From: Octopus bimaculoides
Taxonomy: Eukaryota
NCBI RefSeq assembly: GCF_001194135.2
Contig: NC_069003.1
Location: 20,058,049-20,122,048, forward strand
DNA length: 64,000 nucleotides
Direction of reading: 5' to 3'
Shown here: piece after piece, positions 63,181 to 64,000 of the stretch
How the letters are laid out: each line of letters starts with the position of its first letter
Position numbering within the stretch: position 1 is the stretch's first letter
The notes under the pieces: model-generated
Told to the model about the DNA's origin: nothing
Databases searched by the model: none
The model's input: only the letters and a program-made list of their open reading frames with translations
Program-made: the position numbers and the translations under genes

Positions 63181-63438
63181 TTATTTACAATTGATGGATA
63201 TTTGTCCTCATCTTGTTTGTTGTTAACCCTAACCCTCCAGCCTTCATCAGGTGTCTTGGGGAAATTTCGAACCAATGTTGTTGTTGTTGTTGTTGTAGTT
63301 GTTGTTGTTGTTGTTGCTGCTGTTGTTGTTGTTATTGTTGTTGTTGTTGTTGTTGTTGTTGTTCAGGTCACTGCCTGGAATCAAACTTGGAATCTTGGGG
63401 TTAGTAGCCTGCGCTCTTAACCACTACGCCATATACCC
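63181..63438 (-). mobile_element. tRNA-headed SINE-like element with (AAC)n middle and partial hammerhead core
   Basis: Head GGGTATATGGCGTAGTGGTTAAGAGCGC...AGTTTGATTCC (A/B boxes); GACAC-CTGATGA-AGGCTG at 63255-63238. Confidence 0.65.
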
Positions 63439-63486
63439 GTGGTTCAGAGCGCGGGCTACTAACCCCAAGATTCCGAGTTTGATTCC

Positions 63487-63520
<34 letters not shown>

Positions 63521-63650
63521 CATCGAAAAATACCTTAGGAATGAGAACCCAGGTTCAAAAGTTTGTGTTAACAACAAACAAGGTGAGGACAAATATCCGT
63601 CAATTGTAAATAATGTACATAATTCCTCCTCTTTCAAATATAGAACTGTA
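63439..63650 (+). mobile_element. Second copy of the same tRNA-headed element, head-to-head with the first
   Basis: 48-nt head matches left copy with 3 mismatches; shared tail GTTAACAACAAACAAG.TGAGGACAAATATCC.TCAATTGTAAATAA. Confidence 0.7.
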
Positions 63651-64000
63651 ATATTTCTCAGTTAGATACATAGATCAGGGATCAGGGAGTCTCTTCAGGC
63701 AGAGCCACTACCTCTCTGCATTGAGATGTCACAGTTCCAGTACTATGGATGCATAATTATAATGTCACAAGAATCACAAGACAGATTCTCCAAGCCAAGC
63801 CAACTGGCAGGAGACTTAAAGGTTTATTAAATTGAGATCGTTTTATAATATCTATAGACTCAGTCGGTCACACTTGAGAATCCAGTTGGAAAGTGTTATG
63901 ATGGTTGCTTCTGATGGGACCCTATGGAGGAGGTGTTTGAAGAATCTACACCCATGATCCTCCAGGAAAATTGGGTAGAGAAGATGGATGGATGAATCGA

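Noticed and set aside
63377-63486. Functional tRNA genes
   Set aside because: Only A/B-box heads with no acceptor-stem 3' half, running into microsatellite and a shared tail; these and other tRNA-like hits are SINE heads.

Overview
AT-rich, repeat-dense animal genomic DNA with a 669-nt N gap at 578-1246. The SINE families, TTAA-flanked MITEs and (TA)n/(CA)n load point to a coleoid cephalopod, most likely Octopus; this is inferred from repeat recognition, not from a search. Two spliced + strand genes can be assembled by hand with consistent phases. TM2D1 has five coding exons at 8847-15437; its first exon was not found and probably lies in the gap or left of the window. The 5' part of MYSM1 (histone H2A deubiquitinase) has 11 exons at 43558-62658 (579 codons, SANT and SWIRM domains); its MPN/JAMM domain lies beyond the window. 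Both genes show minor-spliceosome (U12) signals, and the TM2D1 acceptor appears to end in non-canonical AA. The rest is tRNA-derived SINEs, RTE-clade LINE fragments, Tc1/mariner relics (including a DD41D element), piggyBac-like MITEs and micro/minisatellites. The most interesting signal is a family of small non-coding elements carrying minimal type I hammerhead ribozyme motifs. Two homologous copies lie at 26.6-27.0 kb (with a 106-bp inverted arm) and 58.3-58.8 kb (a 352-nt partial tandem with 13-bp TSD and inverted tail), with Penelope-pLTR/retrozyme architecture. A head-to-head pair of tRNA-headed elements at 63.2-63.65 kb retains half a hammerhead core. Other highlights are a 5'-inverted (twin-priming-like) RTE LINE and an RTE LINE whose ORF ends in three C2H2 fingers.
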